A DNA stretch of 64,000 nucleotides from Planctomycetota bacterium. Lineage in GTDB: Bacteria; Planctomycetota; UBA8108; SXIK01. The translations under genes and the position numbers were made by a program. The stretch lies in assembly GCA_965223845.1 (NCBI GenBank), contig CBDCXR010000004.1, forward strand, positions 6,880,001-6,944,000. Direction: 5' to 3'. The first letter of the stretch is position 1. Each line of letters opens with the position of its first letter. The notes under the pieces are model-generated. The model saw only the letters and a program-made list of their open reading frames with translations, had not been told where the DNA came from and searched no databases. Shown piece after piece: positions 29,373 to 37,396 of this stretch.

Positions 29373-30632
29373 TCAGTAAGCTTCGTCTTCACCGGCGAGA
29401 TCGACCGACTCCGGCGGCAGGCGGTGGCCGAGCTTGTCGCGCTTTGCCTGTAGATAACGCGCGCGTTCGGGGCGCGGCGGGGCGACGAGCGGGACCTGAT
29501 CGACGACGGAAAGCTCGTAGCCTTCGTAGATCGACGAGTCGACCTTCTTTGGATTGTTCGTGAGGAGCCGGATGTCGGAGAGGCCGAGATCCTTGAGGAT
29601 CTGAATGCCGACGCCGTAGTCGCGCATGTCGGCGCGGTAGCCGAGCAGGATATTCGCTTCGACGGTGTCGTGGCCGTCGTCCTGGAGCGCGTAGGCTTTG
29701 ACCTTCTCGCTCAGTCCGATGCCGCGGCCTTCTTGCGGCAGGTAGACGACCGCGCCGACCCCGTCGGAGGCGATCATCTCGAGCGCGATGCGAAGTTGGT
29801 CGCCGCAGTCGCAGCGGAGACTCTCGAGGACATCGCCCGTGAAGCACGACGAGTGCATCCGGACGAGCGGCGCCTTCGCCGAGGCGAGATCACCCATCGC
29901 AAGGACGAGCGGCTCCTGGGCCTCGTACTTCACTTTGTACGCGTAGATGCGAAAGGATCCGAGTTTCGTCGGCAGATCGGCGCTCGCAACGCGCTCGACG
30001 AGCTGCGTGCGCCGGCTGCGGTAGCGGATGAGATCGGCGATCGTGATGATCGGCATGTCGTGCTCGCGCGCGATCTCGTGGAGACGGGCGCGGCGCGCCA
30101 TGCGTCCGTCGTCATCGAGGATTTCGATGAGGACTCCGACGGGCTTGAGTCCGGCGAGCTCGGCGAGGTCGACCGCCGCCTCGGTGTGTCCGGCGCGCCG
30201 GAGGACCCCACCCTCCTGCGCGATGATCGGAAAGACGTGGCCCGGCCGCGCGAACTCTTGCGGCCGCGCACCGTCTCGCGCGAGCGCGCGCACGGTCTCG
30301 GCGCGCTCGGCCGCCGAAACGCCCGTAGTCGCCGAGCGTAGATCGACCGACTCAGTGAACGCCGTGCGATGGAGAGCGCTATTTCGTTCCGTGGCGGGCT
30401 GGAGGTCGAGTGCTCGCGCCCGCTCCGGGCGGAGTGGAACACAGAGGACCCCGCCCCCGCGGCGCACCATGAAGTGGATCATCTCCGGCGTGACCGACTC
30501 GGCCGCCGAGATGAAATCGCCCTCGTTCTCACGGTCTTCGTCGTCGACGACGATGACCGTGCCGCCGGAGCGGATGCGGTCGATCGCCTCTTCGACGCGG
30601 GAAAATTCGTGCTGGGGGTCCGGGGTCGTCAT
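29373..30632 (-). CDS. ribBA: Bifunctional 3,4-dihydroxy-2-butanone-4-phosphate synthase / GTP cyclohydrolase II
   Basis: DDEDRENEGD, RPGHVFP, RRAGHTEA; RMHSSCFTGD..RCDCG, QEGRGIG, DTVEAN, LLTNNPKK; start MTTPDPQ at 30632. Confidence 0.96.
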   Translation of the reverse strand: MTTPDPQHEFSRVEEAIDRIRSGGTVIVVDDEDRENEGDFISAAESVTPEMIHFMVRRGGGVLCVPLRPERARALDLQPATERNSALHRTAFTESVDLRSATTGVSAAERAETVRALARDGARPQEFARPGHVFPIIAQEGGVLRRAGHTEAAVDLAELAGLKPVGVLIEILDDDGRMARRARLHEIAREHDMPIITIADLIRYRSRRTQLVERVASADLPTKLGSFRIYAYKVKYEAQEPLVLAMGDLASAKAPLVRMHSSCFTGDVLESLRCDCGDQLRIALEMIASDGVGAVVYLPQEGRGIGLSEKVKAYALQDDGHDTVEANILLGYRADMRDYGVGIQILKDLGLSDIRLLTNNPKKVDSSIYEGYELSVVDQVPLVAPPRPERARYLQAKRDKLGHRLPPESVDLAGEDEAY

Positions 30633-30850
30633 AGTCGTTCCGTCTGTCAGGTAGTCCCTCCATCCCGCATCATACGCGCCGTCTCTCGCGCGAGCCACCT
30701 CGCCGCGCGCTCCCGCGGCGACAGAGCGCATGCGAGGTTTTCGCGTCGAGTGGATTGTGATAGAAGATTCCCCACTTTTCCCGAACCGGTCTCGCCTCCG
30801 TCGCTCGCCTTGTCGTCGGACGATTCTGGCCGCTCCTCCCTCACCGAATC

Positions 30851-33592
30851 ATGGCCGAACCCGAGCTCCGCGACGACGCTCCTTCGCCCCCCGCCCCGCC
30901 CGATGAATCGAGGCGCTGGGCCGTGCGCGTGCTCGCCCTCGTCGGACATCTGTCGGCGCGTAGGAGCGGGCTCGTCATCGCGTCGTTCGTCGTCCTCGCT
31001 CTCCTTGCGCTCGCGGCGACCTTCGTTCGCCTCGAGCTCCGCACGGATCAGAACGAGCTCGTGTCGACGGACGCGGAATACCACCAGCGGTACGTCGACT
31101 ATCTCGAGGCCTTCGGCGATCAGGAGTACCTCTACCTCGTCATCGAGGTCGACGGCGATCCCGCGCGCGCCGCGCGCGCCGCCGAGGAGATCGCCGCCGA
31201 GCTCGCGCGGATGACGGAGCACATCCGCGAGGTCCACTACCGCGTGCCGCCCGGCGCCTTCGCCGATCGTTTTCTCCTTCTCCCGCGCTTTTCGCACGCC
31301 GATCTCTCGGCGATCGCGGGCGCCGTCGCCGAGAATCGCGAGCTCCTCTCGAGTTTCGTCCGCGCCGGCCGTCTGAGCGACGTGTTCGCGCTGTTCGCCG
31401 CGCAAGCCGAGCGTTTCGGCGAGGGCGGCGACCCTCGACTCGCCGAGTGGGGCGAGCGCACGATGGAAACGCTCGTCGGATCGCTCGCCGCCGCGGCGCG
31501 CGGCGAGCCGAGACCGCCGCTCCTCGAGCAGCTCGAGACGCTTCAGGAGAGCGAGGGACATCCGCGCGATCGCGGCTATCTTTTCACGGAGAACGGGGAG
31601 CTCGCGTTCGTCCTCGTGATGCCGGCGAAGGACTTTCAGTCGCTCGGCGTGATCCGTGGCCCCCTCGCGGAGATCCGCGGCGCCGTCGATCGATTGCGAG
31701 AGCGGTATCCCGGACTCGAGATGGGTCTCACGGGACGGCCCGTGCTCCATACCGATGAGATGCTGACGACCGAGCGCGATATGCGACTCGGCACCGTGCT
31801 CGCTCTCGTGTGCGTGCTCAGTCTCTTCGTTCTTTTCTTCCGGCGCCTTCGGCGTCCGCTCCTCGCGGGCCTCGCTCTCGTCGTCGCCGTGATCCTCACG
31901 TTCGGCGCAGTCGCCGTTACGATCGGATACCTGACGCTGCTCTCGATCGTGTTCGCGGCGATGCTCGTCGGGCTCGGGATCGACTTTGGCATCCACTTCC
32001 TTGCGCGTTACCAGGACGAGCTCCGTGCGGGGAGCGACGTCGAGGGAGCGATCGTTCGATCGCTCTCGACGACCGGCGCGGGAATCTTCACCGGCGGGGT
32101 GACGACGGCCGGCGCGTTCTACACGGCGGTGCTCGTCGAGTTCAAAGGCCTCCGCGAGCTCGGCTTCGTCGCGGGGACGGGGGTCTTGATCTGCCTGGGC
32201 ACCATGCTCGTTCTCCTGCCGGCGCTGATCGCGGCGACCGACCGCCGCCGCGCGCAGCGCCGCCGGCTCGAACCGGCGCGTCGGATCCGCGTCCCCGGGC
32301 TCGTCGCGCTCCTCCGGTTTCGCTGGGGCGTGCTCGCAGTGCTCGCGCTCTTTACCGGTGTGGGAGCCTATTGGTTTCCCGGTGTCGCGTTCAACTTCAA
32401 CTTGCTCGAGCTGCAGGCAGAGGGACTCGAGTCCGTGCGCTACGAGCTCCTCGTCGCGGAGAAGTCGAGTGCGTCGACGTGGCAGGCGGTCTACGTGGTC
32501 GACAGCCTCGAGGAGGTCGACGACGTGATCGCGAAGCTAGGAGACGGCCGCGCGGCCGGCGTGATCGGCGCGGTCGAAAGCGTCCGCGATTCCGTCGCGC
32601 GCGACCAGCCGGAGCGACGCGCCATCCTCGCGCCCGCGGCTCAGCTCGTCGAGTCTCTCCCCGAAGCCGAGCGGGCTCCCTTCGACCGGGAACTCCTCGC
32701 CGAAGCGCTCGAGGCGCTCCTCGACCGACTCGACACCGGCCAGAGTCAACTCGCCCTCAGCACGGAGCCGGGCCGAGAGGAGAAGATCGCGACGCTCGAC
32801 CGCTGGATCGGCGATCTCGAGTCGGTGATCGACGGACTCGAGAACGAGGAGACGCTCGCTCGCGTGCGCGCGTACGAGGAGTCGTGGCTGAACGAAGTCG
32901 CCGAGCTTCGTCGCAGCGCCGTCCGCATCCTTCGTCCGCCCGAGCTCCGGCCGGACGACCTGCCGGCGGTCGTCCGCGATCGCTTCGTGTCGGAGTCGGG
33001 AAAGTTCGTCGTGTTCGCGTCGCCTCAGAAGGACATCTGGCGCGAAGACAATATGCTCGAGTTCGTTCAAGTTACCCGCGCGGTTCGCCCGGGCGTGACG
33101 GGAACACCGATCGAGGTCTACGAATCGACGAAGATCATGCGCGACGATTTCATTCGGGCCGCACTCTACTCGGCCGCGCTCGTCTTCGCGTTTCTTCTGT
33201 TCGATTTTCGTCACGTGGGCCACGCGCTGCTCGCGATGGTGCCGGTGGTGGTCGGGCTCGTCTGGCTCCTCGAGCTCATGCCGCACTTCGGTCTGTCGTT
33301 GAATCTCGCGAACTTTTTCGCGCTCCCCATCCTCATCGGCTGCGGCGTCGACGGCGGCGTGCACATGGTGCACCGCTACCGTGAGGCACCGGATCCTCGG
33401 GAAGTCGCGCGAACGGCGGCTTCCGCCGTCACGCTTTCCTTCATCACGACGATCGCGGGATTCGGCGCGCTTTCGATCGCGAGTCACCGCGGCGTCTCGA
33501 GCCTTGGTCTCGTGATGGCGCTCGGTTGCATCACCGTGCTCGTCGCAACCGTCGTGCTTCTTCCGGCGCTTCTCCCTTCGCGCCGTGCGTAG
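30851..33592 (+). CDS. MMPL/RND-family transporter, HpnN/BstA-like (hopanoid/sterol exporter)
   Basis: Two MMPL repeats (1 TM, periplasmic domain, 5 TM); GLTGRPVL, GLGIDFGIH, GCGVDGGVH; near squalene-hopene cyclase. Confidence 0.88.
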   Translation: MAEPELRDDAPSPPAPPDESRRWAVRVLALVGHLSARRSGLVIASFVVLALLALAATFVRLELRTDQNELVSTDAEYHQRYVDYLEAFGDQEYLYLVIEVDGDPARAARAAEEIAAELARMTEHIREVHYRVPPGAFADRFLLLPRFSHADLSAIAGAVAENRELLSSFVRAGRLSDVFALFAAQAERFGEGGDPRLAEWGERTMETLVGSLAAAARGEPRPPLLEQLETLQESEGHPRDRGYLFTENGELAFVLVMPAKDFQSLGVIRGPLAEIRGAVDRLRERYPGLEMGLTGRPVLHTDEMLTTERDMRLGTVLALVCVLSLFVLFFRRLRRPLLAGLALVVAVILTFGAVAVTIGYLTLLSIVFAAMLVGLGIDFGIHFLARYQDELRAGSDVEGAIVRSLSTTGAGIFTGGVTTAGAFYTAVLVEFKGLRELGFVAGTGVLICLGTMLVLLPALIAATDRRRAQRRRLEPARRIRVPGLVALLRFRWGVLAVLALFTGVGAYWFPGVAFNFNLLELQAEGLESVRYELLVAEKSSASTWQAVYVVDSLEEVDDVIAKLGDGRAAGVIGAVESVRDSVARDQPERRAILAPAAQLVESLPEAERAPFDRELLAEALEALLDRLDTGQSQLALSTEPGREEKIATLDRWIGDLESVIDGLENEETLARVRAYEESWLNEVAELRRSAVRILRPPELRPDDLPAVVRDRFVSESGKFVVFASPQKDIWREDNMLEFVQVTRAVRPGVTGTPIEVYESTKIMRDDFIRAALYSAALVFAFLLFDFRHVGHALLAMVPVVVGLVWLLELMPHFGLSLNLANFFALPILIGCGVDGGVHMVHRYREAPDPREVARTAASAVTLSFITTIAGFGALSIASHRGVSSLGLVMALGCITVLVATVVLLPALLPSRRA

Positions 33593-33793
33593 TGCGATTG
33601 GACGCCGCCGACCGACGCTCGGTGTGCGGCGGAATTCGCGCGTCTCTCTTCGTCGCTCTCCTCGCTCCCCGAGCGATCGGACGCGGGAGATCGTGACAAG
33701 ACCGGGGTGGGAAGAGGAACGGAGATGGAGCGCGCTCGAGGTAGACTGAGAGTTCCTTAGTTCCCCGCCGTCGACCCCGCCGAGAGGAGAGCT

Positions 33794-34915
33794 GTGTTGT
33801 CCCTGCGATCTCGTCGTCCCGCGGAAGGCTGCTTAGCCTCGCTCTCGTCTCGTCTCGCCGCGCCGATCCTCGCGCTAGCTTGTCTCTCGCCCTGGGCGGC
33901 CGCGCAAGACGAGAACGGTGACGCCAGCGCCTCCGCCTCGATCGACTCGCCGAACTGGGTCGTCGTTCAACCCGGCTACCCGGGTTCCACCGAAGAGGCC
34001 GCCGGCTTCATGGAGACGTTTTCCGAGTTCGTCGGAACCGCGGCCGAGCTTCCGCGCCTCCGGGGGAGCTATTACAACGTGCCGAAGCTCGCGCGCGAGG
34101 CGATCCGCCGCGGCGGGCCGGCCTTCGGCATCGTGAGCCTCGGGTTCTACCTCGAACGGCGTCGCGAGCTCGGGCTCACCGCTCTCCTCGAGGCCGAACC
34201 CGCAGATCGATTCTTCGCCGTGGCACCGGAGGGGGCGGTACCGAAGCCGGCAGAGCTCGCCGGCGCTGCGGTCGCGGGCGGACCGCTCTACGAGCCGCTC
34301 TTTCTCGAGCGCGTCGCGTTCGCCGAGAAGCTTCCGGTCGCCGAGTGGCGCGGCGAGCCGGTGCTTCGTACGACTCGCGCGCTCCGTCGACTCGTTCGCG
34401 GGCGGTACCGCGCCGTCGTCTTGACGGGACGTGAGCTCAGCGCGCTCCGCGGGGTCTACCGGGGGAAAAAACTGGAGAACATCGCGGTGTCGGACTACTA
34501 TCCACCCGCTTTGCTCGTTGTTTTCGGAACTTCCGCGCGACCGCCGGACGACGAGAACGCGCGCAAGAGCGGGCTCGGCGACGAGCCGGAGCCCGCGAGT
34601 GGAGAGACGGAGAATCGAGCGGGCGGTGGGAACGTGAAGAGCGGAGGCGCCGCAGCGAGCGGAGCATCCGAGAGGAGCACGACAGCCGATCCGGACGGGG
34701 ACGGCGGAGGCGGGACGCCTGCTGCGCGTTCGTCCGCGGAGAGGTTGTCGAAAGAGGAGACCGAGCGGGTCCGCGCGGCCTTTGCGGGCATGGCCGACGA
34801 TCCACGCGGTAGGGAGTTACTCCAGAAGATGGGAGCGCGCGGCTTTCGTCCGGTGCGCGCGGAGTGGCTGAAGTCCACGGAGAGGACCTTCGATGCCTAC
34901 GAGAAAAAGAAGTGA
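33794..34915 (+). CDS. Periplasmic substrate-binding protein, PhnD/Phosphonate-bd-like (BstB-like)
   Basis: GAGGAG RBS plus GTG; Sec signal ending AAA-Q; PGYPGSTEEA..M..F, and PhnD-like C-terminus PP..V..RAAF..MADDPRGRELL..MG..GF.P. Confidence 0.62.
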   Translation: MLSLRSRRPAEGCLASLSSRLAAPILALACLSPWAAAQDENGDASASASIDSPNWVVVQPGYPGSTEEAAGFMETFSEFVGTAAELPRLRGSYYNVPKLAREAIRRGGPAFGIVSLGFYLERRRELGLTALLEAEPADRFFAVAPEGAVPKPAELAGAAVAGGPLYEPLFLERVAFAEKLPVAEWRGEPVLRTTRALRRLVRGRYRAVVLTGRELSALRGVYRGKKLENIAVSDYYPPALLVVFGTSARPPDDENARKSGLGDEPEPASGETENRAGGGNVKSGGAAASGASERSTTADPDGDGGGGTPAARSSAERLSKEETERVRAAFAGMADDPRGRELLQKMGARGFRPVRAEWLKSTERTFDAYEKKK

Positions 34916-35735
34916 CGGGATCTGGGTGTGCGTTGCGGCGGGGTGGATGGTGTTGAGCGGTTGCCAGTTCGTCCAGGACGTCGCGCCGCCGATCGAGGAG
35001 GTCCTCGATCCCGGCCGACTCCAGTACGAGCAGACGGCGCTCGCGGGAACGAGCCTCGAGCGGCGCATGGAGGAGATCGAGCGGTCCTACGCCGAGCCAC
35101 GCAGCCCGGAGAAGGTCGAGTACTCGCTCGAGACGTGCAGCTTCTCGATCTCGCCGGAGAACGACTATGCGGCGCTCCACTGTGGCGCTCGCGCCTGTGT
35201 GTGGCTCGCGGAGAACGCGACGTCACGCGCGGCAAAGGAGCGTTGGGCGCTGAAGGGCGTCTCCTGGGGGAAGGCTGCCGTCGACAAAGCTCAGACGCAG
35301 GCCGAATCGTACTACTACTTGGGTCGGAGTCTCGCGCTCCTCCTCGAAGCGCGCGGAATGAACTCGAAGCGAAACGTCCGGGACGCGCGCGGTCACCTCA
35401 GCATGGCGCGGAACCTCAAGCCCGACCTCGACCACTGCGGGCCGGATCGGTATCTCGGTCGACTCATCATCCGGACGCGGGAGTACCCGACGCTCCAGGC
35501 CGGATCCGTCGCGGAAGGCATCAACCGGCTCGAGCGCGCGGCGCGGGAGTGCCCGACCTACGGGGAGAATCTCGTCGACCTCGCGGAGGGTTTGATCGCG
35601 ATCGAGGACTTCGAGCGGGCGCACCAGGTTCTCGATGCGCTGCAGGAGCTTCCGAGCCCTCCCGGGCATACGGCGGATCACCAGGCTTGGCTCGTCCGGG
35701 CATCCGAGCTGCGGATCGAGCTCCCGGGTTTGTGA
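34893..35735 (+). CDS. TPR lipoprotein, TRAP-T TatT / BstC-like
   Basis: Lipobox VLSGC; helical TPR-like repeats ESYYYLG.., PDLDHCGPDRYLGRL, G..RLERA..CP.Y.EN..LAE; overlaps the upstream gene by 23 bp. Confidence 0.65.
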   Translation: MPTRKRSDGIWVCVAAGWMVLSGCQFVQDVAPPIEEVLDPGRLQYEQTALAGTSLERRMEEIERSYAEPRSPEKVEYSLETCSFSISPENDYAALHCGARACVWLAENATSRAAKERWALKGVSWGKAAVDKAQTQAESYYYLGRSLALLLEARGMNSKRNVRDARGHLSMARNLKPDLDHCGPDRYLGRLIIRTREYPTLQAGSVAEGINRLERAARECPTYGENLVDLAEGLIAIEDFERAHQVLDALQELPSPPGHTADHQAWLVRASELRIELPGL

Positions 35736-35843
35736 TCTCTTCGCCGCCGTTCCCGATCAGCTTCACCTCGAGATCGCGTACTTGATCGAGGAGCCGTTCG
35801 ACGGCGAGCGTAGGTCTTCGCGTTCTCCCAAGAGGGAGTCCGC

Positions 35844-35976
35844 CACGAAGGACAGAAAGGAAGACGAGGGACTCTGAGCGTAGCTCCAGGCGGCGAGATC
35901 GATCTTCTATCTCGAGCTCTCTACCTCAATTCCCCTCGTCTTCCTTTTCCTGCGTGTCCTTCGCGCTCTTCGTGTG
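35844..35976. repeat. Degenerate REP-like inverted repeat (same family as the 56073-56250 element)
   Basis: Minus strand from 35975 reads ACACGAAGAGCGCGAAGG (18 nt identical to the 56 kb arms); AAAGGAAGACGAGGG at 35856-35870 is mirrored at about 35933-35947. Confidence 0.6.
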
Positions 35977-36513
35977 CATCTCTTCATCCGAAAGCGCCGC
36001 CCCCACCTCGACCGCACTCGCGAGAACCCGGTCCGCGTGATCGAATAGCCGATCGACAGTCTCGAGCGCCTCGAGGCCCTCGCGCGAACAAATCGCGCGG
36101 AGCGAACGGATGCGCCGGAGATCGAACCAGCGGCGGCCGATCGCGATCGCGATGAAGATCACGGCGCCGGTCGCCACGCTCGCGGTGAGCCACGTCGCTG
36201 CCGACACCGTAGCCGGGTCGATCACGACCGGGCGGCCCCACGTGATCGCGATCGCGAGTGCCGCTGCGAGAGCGATCCCCATTCCGAGGACTTCCCGCAC
36301 CGTGAGCGCGTGGGCGTCGGCGAGTCGCCGCTCGAACACCTCGAGTCCACGATCGATGCGAACTCGGATCGCGTCGACCTGATCCGTGACCGCGAGATCG
36401 ACGCTTCGTCGGTCGAGGTAGCGAGTGAGATCCGGCGCCAGCATCGCTCGCCGCGCCGCTCGGCCGAGCAGCGGACGCGGAGTCGTCGGACGCGATTCGC
36501 TTTCGTCGTTCAC
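35926..36513 (-). CDS. Hypothetical two-TM membrane protein
   Basis: GTG at 36513 with upstream GAGGA; two hydrophobic helices (VLGMGIALAAALAIAITW; WLTASVATGAVIFIAIAI); downstream of the shc-phosphorylase pair. Confidence 0.55.
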   Translation of the reverse strand: MNDESESRPTTPRPLLGRAARRAMLAPDLTRYLDRRSVDLAVTDQVDAIRVRIDRGLEVFERRLADAHALTVREVLGMGIALAAALAIAITWGRPVVIDPATVSAATWLTASVATGAVIFIAIAIGRRWFDLRRIRSLRAICSREGLEALETVDRLFDHADRVLASAVEVGAALSDEEMHTKSAKDTQEKEDEGN

Positions 36514-36586
36514 GAGCGAAGCGGTTCCTCGATGGACGGACTCGCCGAGGGCGAGGAGTTCGCCGCCGTCGGTCGATCGACGGGCA

Positions 36587-37384
36587 CTACGAGACGAGCG
36601 TCCGGACGAGCTCGGGAACGGTCGCGCCGAGCACGGCGGCCGCCCGCTGGGCACGGCGCGCGAGCGCCGCGATGGATCGCCATCGTTCGGGCCGCGCTCC
36701 GACCTCGACCATCGCTTGAATGGGCCGTGGTCGTCCTTCAGCGGTGAGGATCTTACCGAAATCGACCGGCAACTCGAAATCGCTTTCGTCGAGGATCACG
36801 CGCGCGCACACGGTCGGAACGGAGGCCGCCGTCATCGCCGCGAGAAGCGCGGCGGACTCCATCTCGACCGCGTCGCCACCGAACGAGCGATGGAGCGTGG
36901 CCTTCTCCGCGACGTCGTTGACGACCGAGTCGGTCGAGAGCAGACGACCGTAGCGAGCGACTCCGCGCCCGACTAGCTCGTCGAGGAGCTCGCGGTGGTG
37001 AGCCGAGAGCTCCCAATTTTCGCCTGCGAATCGGAGTGGACCGCGCTCCGACGTACGCGTTGCGAGTGCCGTGGTCGTCTCCGCGATGATGACGTCCTCG
37101 CAGCGCCAAGCCGGAGACAGTCCGCCGGCGAAGCCGGTAGCGAGTGCGACGCGCGGCCGAAACTGAGCGAGAAAGAGGGAGGCGCGCTGGCCGGCGAGTT
37201 CGCCGCCGATTCCCGTCCGGCAGAGAGCGACGCGCGCACCGGCGAGCTCACCGATCGTGTACTTCAGGCCGTCGCGCTTGTGAGAGCTCCGGCGTGCGAG
37301 GGCCGGGACGAGCGGTCGAAGTTCCTCGCGAAGAGCAACGAAGACGACGCAGTCGACGCGGTCCGCCGCGTTCGTGCTCGTCAT
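36587..37384 (-). CDS. Nucleoside phosphorylase family protein (PNP_UDP_1; HpnG/MTAN-like)
   Basis: VALREE, TGIG, TGFAGGL, EKA.L, AVEMESAA, ARVILD; 12 bp downstream of the cyclase, as for hpnG in hopanoid loci. Confidence 0.8.
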   Translation of the reverse strand: MTSTNAADRVDCVVFVALREELRPLVPALARRSSHKRDGLKYTIGELAGARVALCRTGIGGELAGQRASLFLAQFRPRVALATGFAGGLSPAWRCEDVIIAETTTALATRTSERGPLRFAGENWELSAHHRELLDELVGRGVARYGRLLSTDSVVNDVAEKATLHRSFGGDAVEMESAALLAAMTAASVPTVCARVILDESDFELPVDFGKILTAEGRPRPIQAMVEVGARPERWRSIAALARRAQRAAAVLGATVPELVRTLVS

Positions 37385-37396
37385 CGCGCGTCGCCG

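Noticed and set aside
29245-30850. FMN riboswitch associated with ribBA
   Set aside because: No RFN consensus (AGGGCGGGGTGAAATTCCC-like) was found in the short upstream region.
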